The notes: a model not told the origin generated them from the sequence alone. Shown: positions 48,266-58,806, numbered from the stretch's first letter. The stretch: DNA of 64,000 nt from an uncultured Gemmatimonadaceae bacterium (GCA_963817955.1 CAWFQK010000004.1:1248001-1312000); one strand, 5' to 3'. Translations and numbers: made by a program.

Positions 48266-49753
48266 CTACAAAATGTACTTCCTCAGATCCTCATCCTCCA
48301 CGATCGCCTTCAGACGATCGCGAACGACGGTATCGGTGACGACGATGGCTTCGGTGCCTCGGTCAGGAAGGTCGAAGAGGACATCCTCGAGGAGCGTGGT
48401 CATGACGGTGTGCAGGCGGCGTGCGCCAATGTTCTCCATGCGCTCGTTCACCAGGGCCGCAACGCGCGCGATCTCGGCAATCCCTTCGGTGCGAAACTCG
48501 AGCGTCGCACCCTCCGCCTCGACCAGCGCCGCGTACTGCTTGGTGAGCGCGTTTTCCGGCTCCGTCATGATCCGAATGAAGTCCTGCTCCGTGAGCGCCT
48601 TCAGCTCCACGCGGATGGGGAATCGGCCCTGCAACTCCGGAATGAGGTCGCTCGGCTTGGAAACGTGGAACGCGCCGGCGGCGATGAAGAGCACGTGATC
48701 GGTCTTCACCATGCCGTACTTGGTCTGCACGTTGGAGCCTTCAACGATCGGCAACAGGTCGCGCTGCACGCCTTCCCGTGACACGTCCGGCCCGCCCATC
48801 TGCGACCGCTCGCCAGCGATCTTGTCGATCTCGTCGAGGAAGATGATTCCCAGCTTCTCCACGCGTTCCAGCGCATCGGTCGTGACGTCGTCGAGGTCGA
48901 TCAACTTCTCGAGCTCCTGCTCGAACAGAATGCGCCGGGCTTCCGACACCTTCACGGTGCGTTTCTTCTTCCGCTTGGGCATCATCTCCTTGAGCATGTC
49001 GGAAATGTTGTCCATGCCTTCCGGCGCACCCTGCGACGCAAAGATGTCGAACATCGGACCGCTCTGAGGGACTTCGACTTCCACTTCGCGGTCCTCGAGC
49101 TTTCCGTCGAGCAACAACTGTTTGAGCTTGTCGCGGGTGCGCTTGTAGCGCTCCTGTGCGGGGTCCATCTGCTCCTTCATCACCGCACCGCTGCCGGAAA
49201 CGAGGAACACATTGAGCGCATCGTCAGACGCGGCCGGCGCCTGGCGGTGCTCGCTGGGCGACTCCGAGCCGCGCACGTCGTGGCTCGCTGGCGTCACCGC
49301 TGGTGGCGGCAGCAGCAAGTCGAGCAGACGCTCGTCGACGCGCTCGTGGGCCAGGTCTTCGACCTCGGATTCCAGCTCGCTCCGCACCATGTCGATCGCG
49401 TTCTCGACGAGATCGCGCACCATGGATTCGACATCGCGGCCGACGTAACCGACCTCGGTGAACTTTGACGCCTCCACCTTGATGAACGGCGCACCGGCCA
49501 GCTTCGCCAGGCGGCGCGCAATCTCCGTCTTGCCCACCCCGGTCGGCCCAATGAGGATGATGTTGTTCGGCGAGATTTCCTCGCGGATGCTCTCCGGCGC
49601 CCGCTGACGCCGCCACCGGTTCCGCAGGGCGATGGCGACGGCCTTCTTGGCGTCCGCCTGCCCAACGATGTAGCGATCGAGCTCGGCGGCGATCTGCCGC
49701 GGAGTCAGATCAGCGAGACGGGTAAGCGCCTGTTGCGTACGATTGGACGGCAT
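48266..49753 (-). CDS. hslU: ATP-dependent protease ATPase subunit HslU
   Basis: GPTGVGKTEIARR, KFTEVGYVGRDVE, GVQRDLLP, NIGARRL. Confidence 0.97.
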   Translation of the reverse strand: MPSNRTQQALTRLADLTPRQIAAELDRYIVGQADAKKAVAIALRNRWRRQRAPESIREEISPNNIILIGPTGVGKTEIARRLAKLAGAPFIKVEASKFTEVGYVGRDVESMVRDLVENAIDMVRSELESEVEDLAHERVDERLLDLLLPPPAVTPASHDVRGSESPSEHRQAPAASDDALNVFLVSGSGAVMKEQMDPAQERYKRTRDKLKQLLLDGKLEDREVEVEVPQSGPMFDIFASQGAPEGMDNISDMLKEMMPKRKKKRTVKVSEARRILFEQELEKLIDLDDVTTDALERVEKLGIIFLDEIDKIAGERSQMGGPDVSREGVQRDLLPIVEGSNVQTKYGMVKTDHVLFIAAGAFHVSKPSDLIPELQGRFPIRVELKALTEQDFIRIMTEPENALTKQYAALVEAEGATLEFRTEGIAEIARVAALVNERMENIGARRLHTVMTTLLEDVLFDLPDRGTEAIVVTDTVVRDRLKAIVEDEDLRKYIL

Positions 49754-49776
49754 AGTGGGGAGGATGGCCGATCCTC

Positions 49777-50328
49777 TCAAACGAGAGTTTCCAGGACGGA
49801 GATGTTCGTATTCGTATAGATGCAGATCTCACCCGCAATGTGCATAGCGCGCGTGACGATCTCCTTGGCGTCGAGCTGCGTGTTATCGATCAGCGCGCGC
49901 GCCGCAGCCAGGGCATAGGAGCCCCCCGAACCGATGGCGAGAATGCCGTCGTCGGGCTCGATGAGCTCGCCCGTGCCGGAGATGATGAATCCATACTCCC
50001 GGTCGGCTACGATCAGCAGCGCTTCGAGGCGGCGCAACACGCGATCGCTTCGCCAGTCCTTGGCCAGCTCGACCGCCGCGCGCGGCATGTTGCCCGGATA
50101 GCGCTCGAGCTTTTCCTCGAACTTCTCAAAGAGCGTCATGGCGTCGGCGGCGGCCCCGGCAAAGCCCGCGACGATCTTGCCGGCACGGATGAGCCTGACT
50201 TTCTGCGCGTGGGACTTCATGACCGTCTCGCCAACGGTCACCTGGCCGTCGCCACCAATGGCGACGCGACCGTTCCGGCGAACGGCGAGAATGGTGGTTG
50301 CCCGCATGCGCGGGAGTGGGTTGGGCAT
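49777..50328 (-). CDS. hslV: Protease subunit HslV
   Basis: [26 protein letters not shown]. Confidence 0.96.
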   Translation of the reverse strand: MPNPLPRMRATTILAVRRNGRVAIGGDGQVTVGETVMKSHAQKVRLIRAGKIVAGFAGAAADAMTLFEKFEEKLERYPGNMPRAAVELAKDWRSDRVLRRLEALLIVADREYGFIISGTGELIEPDDGILAIGSGGSYALAAARALIDNTQLDAKEIVTRAMHIAGEICIYTNTNISVLETLV

Positions 50329-50393
50329 GACCGGAAGATAAGGGGGGACAAAAGCACAGCGGAGCGGCGCATCAAAGCCAGCCGTCGCCCAAA

Positions 50394-50780
50394 TCAGCGG
50401 CGCGTATTCGATTTCGATGATGTGCGCCGCCCGTTCATCGAGACCTCGGCCTCTGGGCGACGACGCGCGGCGCCACGATTCGAGATCGCCTGCCCAAGAT
50501 ATCGCCAGTTACGCACCATGCCGATCAACAGGAGCACGGTGCCCGCGATCACGGCAATCACCGAGTAGGACCACGTGTCGCGACCCATGAATGCGGCAGC
50601 CATGCACAACACGCCGAATCCGATGAACGCTTCCCCGCCGCGACTCCGCTCGATGCGTGGACGGCGGCGACGCTCCCGCCTCACGATGATTTCGTCGGGC
50701 GTCCAGGCATCGAACACGAGACCCAAACCGATGAGTCCGACGAGCACACCCACGATCAGCGGAACGATCTCGATTCGCAT
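50394..50780 (-). CDS. Hypothetical three-TM protein
   Basis: Hydrophobic helices flanking RRERRRRPR. Confidence 0.7.
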   Translation of the reverse strand: MRIEIVPLIVGVLVGLIGLGLVFDAWTPDEIIVRRERRRRPRIERSRGGEAFIGFGVLCMAAAFMGRDTWSYSVIAVIAGTVLLLIGMVRNWRYLGQAISNRGAARRRPEAEVSMNGRRTSSKSNTRR

Positions 50781-50843
50781 TGCCGGTCTGCCCAGGGATG
50801 GTCAGCCCGGTCAGAAGCACGTTCCGCACCCGACCGTTGCGCG

Positions 50844-51776
50844 TCAGGCCCGCGGGTGCGCCTTCTGGTAGACCTGCTTCAGCCGCTCGATGCTCGTATG
50901 CGTATAGATCTGCGTCGTGGAGACCGACGCATGGCCCAGGAGCTCCTGCACGGCCCGGAGATCCGCGCCAGCATCCAGGAGATGCGTCGCGAAGCTGTGG
51001 CGCAACGAGTGAACACTGAGCCCCGCATCCTCGTCGATCGCGGCGAGAAACTTGGTGATGGCCGACTGCACCGCGCGCACCCCAATCCGTTTTCCGGTCC
51101 GTGTCAGGAAGACGGCCGTGCGATCCACCTTGGGGCCGAGCCCTCGCAGGAGATCGTCACGCTTCGCCTCGTAGTTTCGAAGCGCGAGGATGGCATGATC
51201 TCCAATGGGGATGATCCGCTCCTTGCGCCCCTTGCCTCGCACCTTCGCCTGCTGCATGACCATGTCGAGATCGCCGCGACTCAATCCCTGGAGTTCCGAC
51301 AAGCGCATGCCGGTAGAGTAGAACAATTCGAGCATCGCGAGATTGCGCACGTCGATGAACTTCCCCTCCCACGCCCGCACCTCGGCCATCTGGAACAGCA
51401 AGTCGATCTGCGTGCGATCGAGATAGCCGGGCAGGTGCTTGTCCATGCGTGGTGCGCCGACGGCACGCGCCGGATTCACATCGACAATTTCGTTGCGGTG
51501 CATGTACCGATAGAAGCTCCGTACCGCGGAGAGCGTGCGTGCCATGGACCGCTTTCCCAGGCCACGCTTCGCGAGATCGCCCAGGAACCCGCGCATGGCG
51601 ATCCGGTCCACGCCCTGCCACGTCCACGACGCACCACCGTAGTACCGTCCGAGAAAGTCGACAAAATCGCGGAGGTCGCGCGAATAAGCGCGCACCGTGT
51701 TGGGCGACACATCACGCTCTTTCGCGAGATGCTCCATGTAGTCGGCCACCTCGGGCGGCACGGGATCGGCGGTCAC
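50844..51776 (-). CDS. xerC: Tyrosine recombinase XerC
   Basis: YSTGMRLSE, GKGRKER, HSLRHSFATHLL, LLGH..TTQIYTH; topA-trmFO-xerC-hslVU context. Confidence 0.9.
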   Translation of the reverse strand: MTADPVPPEVADYMEHLAKERDVSPNTVRAYSRDLRDFVDFLGRYYGGASWTWQGVDRIAMRGFLGDLAKRGLGKRSMARTLSAVRSFYRYMHRNEIVDVNPARAVGAPRMDKHLPGYLDRTQIDLLFQMAEVRAWEGKFIDVRNLAMLELFYSTGMRLSELQGLSRGDLDMVMQQAKVRGKGRKERIIPIGDHAILALRNYEAKRDDLLRGLGPKVDRTAVFLTRTGKRIGVRAVQSAITKFLAAIDEDAGLSVHSLRHSFATHLLDAGADLRAVQELLGHASVSTTQIYTHTSIERLKQVYQKAHPRA

Positions 51777-53191
51777 GCGGGGAGATCCTTCGCTTCGCTC
51801 AGGATGACAGGCTGGGGTTCGCTCAGGATGACGGGCTGGATATGGTGCTCGTCACGCCATGCGTGCAGGTCCGCCAGCGCGCGTGCGGCAAGCTGTTCGC
51901 GCTTGAGACGCTTGTCCTTCACACGGACCGGGAGATCGTCGACCAGGCCGAAGTTCGCGTTCATGGGTTGAAAATGCGCCGGATCCGCTTCGCGCACATA
52001 TCGGTACAACGCACCAAGCATGGTCGTGGTCGGCGGTACGACGGCCGTCTCGCCCCGCAGCAAGCGTGAGAGATTGATGCCGGCCATCAACCCGGTGGCC
52101 GTGCTCTCGGTATAACCCTCGACGCCGGTGAGCTGGCCCGCGAACAGCGTTAGCGGATCGTCGCGCAACGCCAAATGGGGCGACAACGACGCAGGCGAAT
52201 TCACGTACGAGTTCCGATGGATGGATCCGTAGCGCAGAAATTCAGCGTTCTCCAATCCAGGAATCATGCGGAACACGCGCGCCTGCTCGGGAATGCGCAG
52301 ACGGGTCTGGAATCCGACAATGTTCCACATCCGGCCGCCGCGGTCTTCCATGCGGAGTTGTACGATGGCGTACGCGTCGCGACCGGTGCGCGGATCGCGC
52401 AGCCCCACCGGCTTCATGGGACCGAACCGCAGCGTCTCCCGTCCGCGCTTCGCCATTTCCTCAGCCGGCATACACCCGTCGAAGTATGGCGCCTGGTCGA
52501 ACTCGTGGCCGTGGTGCTGGTCGGCTTCGATCAGCGCATCGAGGAACGCCTCGTATTGCTCGCGCGTGAATGGGCAGTTGAGGTACGCTCCTTCCTGAGC
52601 CTCATCACCGTCGGCGCCACCTGACATGGTCTCCTTGCCATACCGTGAGGCACGGAAGACGATGTCGTGATCGATGGAGTCGCGGGCGACGATCGGCGCG
52701 ATCGCATCATAAAAAGCCAGCGACGACACACCGAGGCGCTGACGAATGGCGTCGGCGAGCACATCCGATGTCAGTGGTCCGGTGGCAACGATGCCCGGGC
52801 TTGGCAGCGCAACAGCTTCCTCGCGCACCACGGCGATCCGCGGATGCGTCGTCACACGATCATTGACCGCGGCGGAGAACACATCGCGGTCTACCGTCAG
52901 TGCACTGCCGCCCGGCACGCGAGCCTCATCGGCCGCCCAGAGCACCACCGATCCCAACAGCCGCATCTCGGCTTTCAAGAGGCCGTGCGCATTTGAGGTC
53001 TCGGTGCTCTTGAACGTGTTCGAGCAGACCAGCTCGGCAAGCCGCTCCGTCTTGTGAGCAGGCGTTCCCCGTACGCCGCGCATCTCGTGAAGCACGACGT
53101 CGTGTGCGCGCTCAGCAAGCTGCCACGCAGCCTCGCTGCCAGCGAGGCCGCCACCGACGATATGCACTGGATTGGTAGAAGAGTTGGTCAC
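51773..53191 (-). CDS. trmFO: tRNA (uracil-5)-methyltransferase TrmFO
   Basis: GGGLAGSEAAWQ, ELVCSN, FGPMKPVGL, AGQLTGVEGY, FQPMNANFG. Confidence 0.95.
   Translation of the reverse strand: MTNSSTNPVHIVGGGLAGSEAAWQLAERAHDVVLHEMRGVRGTPAHKTERLAELVCSNTFKSTETSNAHGLLKAEMRLLGSVVLWAADEARVPGGSALTVDRDVFSAAVNDRVTTHPRIAVVREEAVALPSPGIVATGPLTSDVLADAIRQRLGVSSLAFYDAIAPIVARDSIDHDIVFRASRYGKETMSGGADGDEAQEGAYLNCPFTREQYEAFLDALIEADQHHGHEFDQAPYFDGCMPAEEMAKRGRETLRFGPMKPVGLRDPRTGRDAYAIVQLRMEDRGGRMWNIVGFQTRLRIPEQARVFRMIPGLENAEFLRYGSIHRNSYVNSPASLSPHLALRDDPLTLFAGQLTGVEGYTESTATGLMAGINLSRLLRGETAVVPPTTTMLGALYRYVREADPAHFQPMNANFGLVDDLPVRVKDKRLKREQLAARALADLHAWRDEHHIQPVILSEPQPVILSEAKDLPA
51782..51832. repeat. Two half-copies of the palindromic element inside the trmFO 3' end
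   Basis: gagatccttcgcttcgctcaggatgac...ttcgctcaggatgac; encodes QPVILSEPQPVILSEAKDL. Confidence 0.8.
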
Positions 53192-53207
53192 CGGCTCAAG
53201 ATAGTGT

Positions 53208-53236
53208 GGGACACGGGACACGGGACAACGGGACAC
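53208..53236 (+). repeat. Heptamer repeat GGGACAC x4 (one unit with an insertion)
   Basis: gggacac gggacac gggacaac gggacac. Confidence 0.85.
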
Positions 53237-53338
53237 CGATCGGCGCGAGGTTCTCGACCTGGACAAGGCTCGGCCAAAGTAGTCTGTTGCAGACGGACCA
53301 TTCACCGCAATGTCGTCGTGTCAATCAGGAGCAGCCTC

Positions 53339-54148
53339 ATGAGACGGTTCGTACTTGGGCTGGCAGGTTTGATCCTGCTATCGGCGTGGGCGCCAGTCGC
53401 TTCCGCACAAGCATTCAAAGTCGGGGACCGTGTAGAGGCGTTGCCGTTCGGGTACGACTGGTATCCGTGTGTCGTCACCAACGGTGCTCCGAATTACAGA
53501 GTGAAGTGCACCAATATCGACGGCACCACCTCGGATTACACGGTGTCAGCCAACCGTCTGCGGGCAGACACCGGGCAAGCTGCCGCGGAGATGGCAAAGC
53601 GATGGGCGCAGAGATTTCCGGTAGGTTCGCGCGTGGACGCGGCGCCCTACGGTGAGCAGAACGGCTACCATCCCTGCACGGTCTTGAGCGTGAAAGGCAA
53701 CGGCGCCACGGTGGGCATCTACCACCTCAAATGCGATTTTGGCTATGCAAACGGCCCGGTCGAGGTAGACGTGGGTGCGGCGGACCACATTCGCGCAGCC
53801 ACGTCCGCGACCGCGGCCGATGCGGCGAATAAGAAGGCGGCGCTCGATCAGCAGAATCGTCCGCCCGTTGCGGTGAAGCCGGGCAAGTACACCTGTTCCA
53901 CATTCACCGGCGGCCGATTGCAGATCGTCCCAGGTCTCGACCTGCGGGTCACCGGCCCCTCTTCGTATGTGGGGAGCGATAACAGGACCGGGACATACAC
54001 CTACGACACGACAACCGGCTTAGTCGCCTTCCATGGCGGCGCGCTGAGTGGGGCAACCGCCAGGTACCTGGGAATGTACGGCGGGCAATTCAAGTTGATG
54101 AACGGCGGCCATTCGGCGAACACCGACTGCAACATCAGCGCGAAGTGA
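53339..54148 (+). CDS. Secreted protein with two Agenet/Tudor-like (SH3-fold) repeats
   Basis: Signal peptide ending ASAQA; FKVGDRVEA..WYPCVV and FPVGSRVDA..YHPCTV; AGGAG RBS. Confidence 0.7.
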   Translation: MRRFVLGLAGLILLSAWAPVASAQAFKVGDRVEALPFGYDWYPCVVTNGAPNYRVKCTNIDGTTSDYTVSANRLRADTGQAAAEMAKRWAQRFPVGSRVDAAPYGEQNGYHPCTVLSVKGNGATVGIYHLKCDFGYANGPVEVDVGAADHIRAATSATAADAANKKAALDQQNRPPVAVKPGKYTCSTFTGGRLQIVPGLDLRVTGPSSYVGSDNRTGTYTYDTTTGLVAFHGGALSGATARYLGMYGGQFKLMNGGHSANTDCNISAK

Positions 54149-54176
54149 CGGGGGGGACACGTGTCCCCCCCGTCAC
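54145..54176. terminator. Perfect 32-bp palindrome between convergent stop codons
   Basis: gtgacgggggggacac-gtgtcccccccgtcac; contains both TGA stops. Confidence 0.6.
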
Positions 54177-56703
54177 CCCGCCAATACGACCTCCGCCGGA
54201 TCGTCTGTCTTCGGCGCATCCCATTCGTTGCCGCACTTGAGGCACTTCCGGAAGTCGCCACGCGCCTTCGTCGTCTTCATCTCGGCACCGACGTAGGCGC
54301 ATTCAGGACAGGGTTCGGCGACGGGTTTGTTCCACGCCACGAAGTCGCAATCCTCATTCGAGCAGGCGTAGAACGCGGTGCCACGCTTTTTGGAGCGCCG
54401 TTCAACCAGCTCGCCGCCGTCCTTGGGGCAGAAGACCCCTGTCGGCATGGAGCGCGTGCCGCGGCACTTGGGGAACGTGCTGCAGCCAAGGAACTGACCG
54501 CTGCGACCCAGACGAATCACCATTGGCTCGCCGCAGAGATGACACTTGTAGTCGGTCATCACGGGCTTGACCTTCTCACCCTTGATTGGACGCGTGTACT
54601 TGCAGGCCTTTGGATGATTCTCGCAAGCGAGGAACGGCCCAAAGAAGCCGCCACGCGGCTCGAGCTTGCCGCCGCAATCGGGGCAGCGTAGCGCGGCGAT
54701 ACCGGACAGATCGTGCGCTGCGGCAATCAAGGCCGGCGCGTCGACCTTGCTCAGGCGCGCCGCGAACGGCGAATAGAAATCCTCGAGCACACGCTGCCAT
54801 CCGAGGGCGCCTTCCTCGACCTTGTCGAGCTCGCCCTCCATGGCCGACGTGAAGTCCACGTTGAAGATGTCCGGGAACTGCTGCACCATGACGCGCTCGA
54901 CGCTCTCCCCAAGTTCCGTCGGGAAGAATCGGCGCTGGGTGAGCTCCACGTAGCGACGATCGGCGAGCACCGAGATGATCGATGCATAGGTCGATGGGCG
55001 ACCGATGCCCAGGTGCTCGAGTTCCTTGACGAGACTCGCCTCCGAAAAGCGCGGCGGCGGCTCCGTAAAATGCTGGCTCGGCGTGACGCTCTTGCACGGC
55101 ACCTTCTCGCCGATGACGACGACAGGCAGCGCCTGCTCGTCCTCGAGCGCCTTGTGCTCCCCTTCTTCATGGGCTTCGCGATACAGGGCGAGAAAGCCCT
55201 GGAACTTCACGATCGAACCGGTTGCCCGGAACAGGTAACCACGGCGGCCGATGTCCGGCTGCGACGACGCAGGAATGTCGAAGTCCACCGTCGTCGTGTC
55301 GAACACGGCCGGCGTCATCTGCGAGGCCATGAACCGCTGCCAGATGAGCTGGTACAGCTTGAACTGATCGGCGCTCAAGGAACGCTTCACTTCATCCGGA
55401 CGACGCGACGGATCCGTGGGACGGATACCTTCGTGCGCGTCTTGCGCATTCTTTGATTTAGCGTCGCCATACAGCTGCGGCGTCTTGCAGACGAACTCTT
55501 CGCCGAACAGCGTGCGTAGATACTCGCGCGCCTGCCCTGCCGCGCTCTCCGCGACGCGGGTGGAGTCGGTACGCATGTAGGTGATGAGCCCCTGCGCACC
55601 TTCATTGCCAACGTCGATACCTTCGTAGAGATCCTGCGCGACGCGCATGGTGCGCTTGGATCCGAACGACAGCTTCTTCGCGGCCTCTTGCTGCAGCGTC
55701 GAGGTGGTGAACGGCGCCGAAGGATTCTTGCGCCGCTCTCGCCGCTTCAACTCGGTGACGTCGAACGTCGTGCGGCCCTTCAGATCGTTGAGAATGCGCT
55801 CGGCTTCCGCCTGATTCGCGATCTCCGCCTTCTTACCATCGATGTGGTGCAGCTTCGCGGTGAACTGCTGGTTGTTCTTCTCCAGCAGCGCCTCAATGGT
55901 CCAGTACTCCACAGGATTGAACGCGCGAATCTCACGCTCGCGCTCCACGATGAGCCTGAGAGCCACCGTCTGCACGCGTCCGGCCGAGATGCCCTTCTTG
56001 ACCGTGCGCCAGAGCACGGGACTCGCCTTGTAGCCGACCAGTCGATCCAGCACCCGGCGCGCTTGCTGCGCTTCGACTTTCTTCTCGTCGATGACACCGG
56101 CTTCCCGAATGGCGCGCTGCACCGCGTCCTTCGTGATCTCATGGAAGAGCACGCGGCGAACCGGCACTGCGGACGCGCCGCGCTTCGGCTTGATCTGCGT
56201 GGCGACATGCGCCGCAATGGCCTCGCCCTCGCGATCAGGATCGGTCGCGATGAGGATTTCCTTACTGCCCTTCGCCGCACTCTTCAACTCGGCGATCGTC
56301 TTTTCCTTGCCCGGAATGGGGACGAGATCCGGCAGGAAGCCGTTGTCGACGTCGATTCCGAGCGTCTTGACGGGCAGATCCATGATGTGCCCCACCGTCG
56401 CCCGGACGCGGTACCCGCGGCCGAGATACTTGCCGATGGTCTTCGCCTTCGCCGGAGACTCGACGATCACGAGCGTGGCCCCCCCCCGCCGTCACCGGCG
56501 GACGAGCTTCCGCCAGCGTCGTCCTCCAATACGTCGTCGACGACTGCCGCGCGGCCACGGCGAGCCGTCGCCTTGGTCGTCGCTTTCTTCTTCGCTGACG
56601 ACTTGGGTTTGGCTTTCGCTGACGACTTCGCTTTCGCTGACGACTTGGCTTTCGCCGCGGTTCCCTTCCGCTTGGCGCCTGCGGCTGACTTTCTCGTTGC
56701 CAT
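54173..56703 (-). CDS. topA: DNA topoisomerase I with a K/A-rich N-terminal extension; frameshift at a G9 run (56479-56487)
   Basis: IVESPAKAKTI, TDPDREGEAI, SAGRVQ, ITYMRTDS, GIGRPSTY, C-terminal C4 zinc ribbons. Confidence 0.93.
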
Positions 56704-56705
56704 GC

Positions 56706-56948
56706 CTAGTGTACCGTCTGGTGTGGATCGCTGTCGCCGTGATCGATGAACCCTGCCCCTTCCATGAGAGATCGCAGGTCGTCCAGAGCGATGCGCCCGT
56801 CAATCTGTAACAGTGCGCGTTCTATGATATGCTCAAGTTCGGCCGCATTGAGTGCGCCCGATCCGTTCAATGCCAGTAAGTGGCCCCATGCTTCGGGGGC
56901 GAAACGACCCCGCTCATGCGGGCCCAACACGCGAAAAGTCATCTTCAT
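56706..56948 (-). CDS. Small conserved protein, Smg/DUF494-like
   Basis: FRVLGPHERGRFAPEAWGHLL..ELEHIIER; position upstream of topA. Confidence 0.6.
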   Translation of the reverse strand: MKMTFRVLGPHERGRFAPEAWGHLLALNGSGALNAAELEHIIERALLQIDGRIALDDLRSLMEGAGFIDHGDSDPHQTVH

Positions 56949-57095
56949 CCTGTTGACGCTTGAACCGGACCGAAAGCAAGAAGGGGAGGATGCGCCATCG
57001 ATGTGGCACCGATCCTCTCCCTGTGGAATCCTGCGATCTCGCCTTCTGATTCGGTCCCCGGAGCCTCATCGCTCCGCGGGAACGGTAACGTATGT

Positions 57096-57659
57096 CTAGC
57101 CAGCCGCCGAGGCAAGCTCGATGACCTTTTCTATAACCCTTTGCAGATCATAGAGTTCCGTATCAACAACGTAATCCGCTGTCTCGTACGACACCTTCCG
57201 GCTTTCGTATAAACGCTTGAGTTCCCCCAGCGGGTCCGGTCGGGTGAGCAAGGGACGCATCATCGCCATGGGGCCCAAACGCTTGAGAGCCGTGGCAGGT
57301 CGTACCTTAAGGTATACGAGGCGGCCGGGGGGACGGACCATCGCCACCACTTCGCGGTCCATGGCCCAGCCACCGCCCGGCGACACGATCATGTTGCCGA
57401 CCAGGGTCAGCTCTTCCGTGAGATCCCGCTCTCGCTTCCGAAAGTACGGTTCGCCTTTTTCACCAAAGATCTGGCTGACCGAGCGGCCCTCGCGGCGCTC
57501 GATCTCCTGATCGAGGTCGAGAAATGTGCGCCCGAGCGCTCTGGCCACCCTGTCACCCACCGTCGTCTTCCCGGAACCAGGCAGACCGATGAGGATCAGG
57601 TGTGGCCGTGACGGATCAGCCGCCGATCCGGGACGCGACGTGCGAAATGTAGGCGTCAT
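57096..57659 (-). CDS. aroK: Shikimate kinase
   Basis: GLPGSGKTT, DLD, GEPYFR, PGGG, RPLL. Confidence 0.92.
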   Translation of the reverse strand: MTPTFRTSRPGSAADPSRPHLILIGLPGSGKTTVGDRVARALGRTFLDLDQEIERREGRSVSQIFGEKGEPYFRKRERDLTEELTLVGNMIVSPGGGWAMDREVVAMVRPPGRLVYLKVRPATALKRLGPMAMMRPLLTRPDPLGELKRLYESRKVSYETADYVVDTELYDLQRVIEKVIELASAAG

Positions 57660-58806
57660 GGTTCCGTTTGGTTTCGCCGAGCGAATCACCGCCGAACTTC
57701 TCGAGGAACGCATCAGCCAGTACCAGAGCAATCATCGCTTCAGCGATCACCCCCATCGCCGGCACCGCCGTGACGTCGCTCCGTTCGGCGACGGCTTCTG
57801 CAGACTCGCCGGTAGCCACGTCCACGGTGACCAGCGGACGCATGAGAGTACTGATAGGCTTCATGGCCATGCGTACGACGAGCGGCTCGCCGGTTGTCAT
57901 GCCTCCCTCGAGCCCGCCGGCGCGGTTGGTCTTGCGTCGCACATTGCCCGTACGCGCCGAACCCGGCAGCATCTCGATTTCATCATGTACCTCGGCGCCG
58001 GTCATGCGCGCCGTCTGAAAGCCCATTCCGATCTCAACGCCTTTCACCGCCGGGATCGACATGATGGCCGCACCAATTCGGCCATCGAGCTTGCGGTCCC
58101 ACGAAACGTGCGAGCCAAGTCCCACCGGCAGGCCGCCGACGACGACTTCGCACACACCCCCAAGGGTGTTCCCCGCGCGCTTGATCTCGTCGATATACGC
58201 GATCATCCGTTGCTCCGCGGCCGGGTCGAGCGTGCGGAGCGGCGAGGCATCGGCGGCGGCGTTGAGATCCGCTGGCATTGTGGCTGGACGAACTGCGTCG
58301 ATCCCGCCGAGATGGACGACGTGGCTGCCGATTCGAACGCCGAATTCCTCGAGAAAGCGCTTGCAGATCGCTGCCGCAGCCACACGCGCCGTGGTTTCGC
58401 GCGCCGAGGCGCGCTCGAGAATGTCGCGCGCATCCACGCGGTCGTACTTGAGCATGCCAGTGAGATCCGCGTGACCAGGACGAACGCGCGTCACCGCGCG
58501 ATTGCGCGGCGACGGGTCGTTGTCGCGCAGGGCCGGATCCATGATTTCTTGCCAGTTCTTCCAATCACGGTTATGAACAACCATCGCGATCGGCGAGCCG
58601 AGTGTTTCACCGGCGCGCACACCGGACAGAAACTCGATCGTGTCCTTCTCGATCTGCATGCGCCGGCCGCGACCGTAGCCCTGCTGCCGGCGCGCGAGCT
58701 CGGCGTTCACGTGATCGACGAGTAGCGGCAGACCGGCGGGCATACCTTCGAGAATGCCGACGAGGGCCGGACCGTGCGACTCACCGGCGGTGGTAAAGCG
58801 GATCAT
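57616..58806 (-). CDS. aroC: Chorismate synthase
   Basis: TAGESHG, RPGHAD, ERASARET, MKPISTL, ERSDV. Confidence 0.97.
   Translation of the reverse strand: MIRFTTAGESHGPALVGILEGMPAGLPLLVDHVNAELARRQQGYGRGRRMQIEKDTIEFLSGVRAGETLGSPIAMVVHNRDWKNWQEIMDPALRDNDPSPRNRAVTRVRPGHADLTGMLKYDRVDARDILERASARETTARVAAAAICKRFLEEFGVRIGSHVVHLGGIDAVRPATMPADLNAAADASPLRTLDPAAEQRMIAYIDEIKRAGNTLGGVCEVVVGGLPVGLGSHVSWDRKLDGRIGAAIMSIPAVKGVEIGMGFQTARMTGAEVHDEIEMLPGSARTGNVRRKTNRAGGLEGGMTTGEPLVVRMAMKPISTLMRPLVTVDVATGESAEAVAERSDVTAVPAMGVIAEAMIALVLADAFLEKFGGDSLGETKRNHDAYISHVASRIGG

Noticed and set aside
50844..51776. Phage or island integrase
   Set aside because: Sequence and the topA-trmFO-xerC-hslVU context indicate housekeeping XerC.
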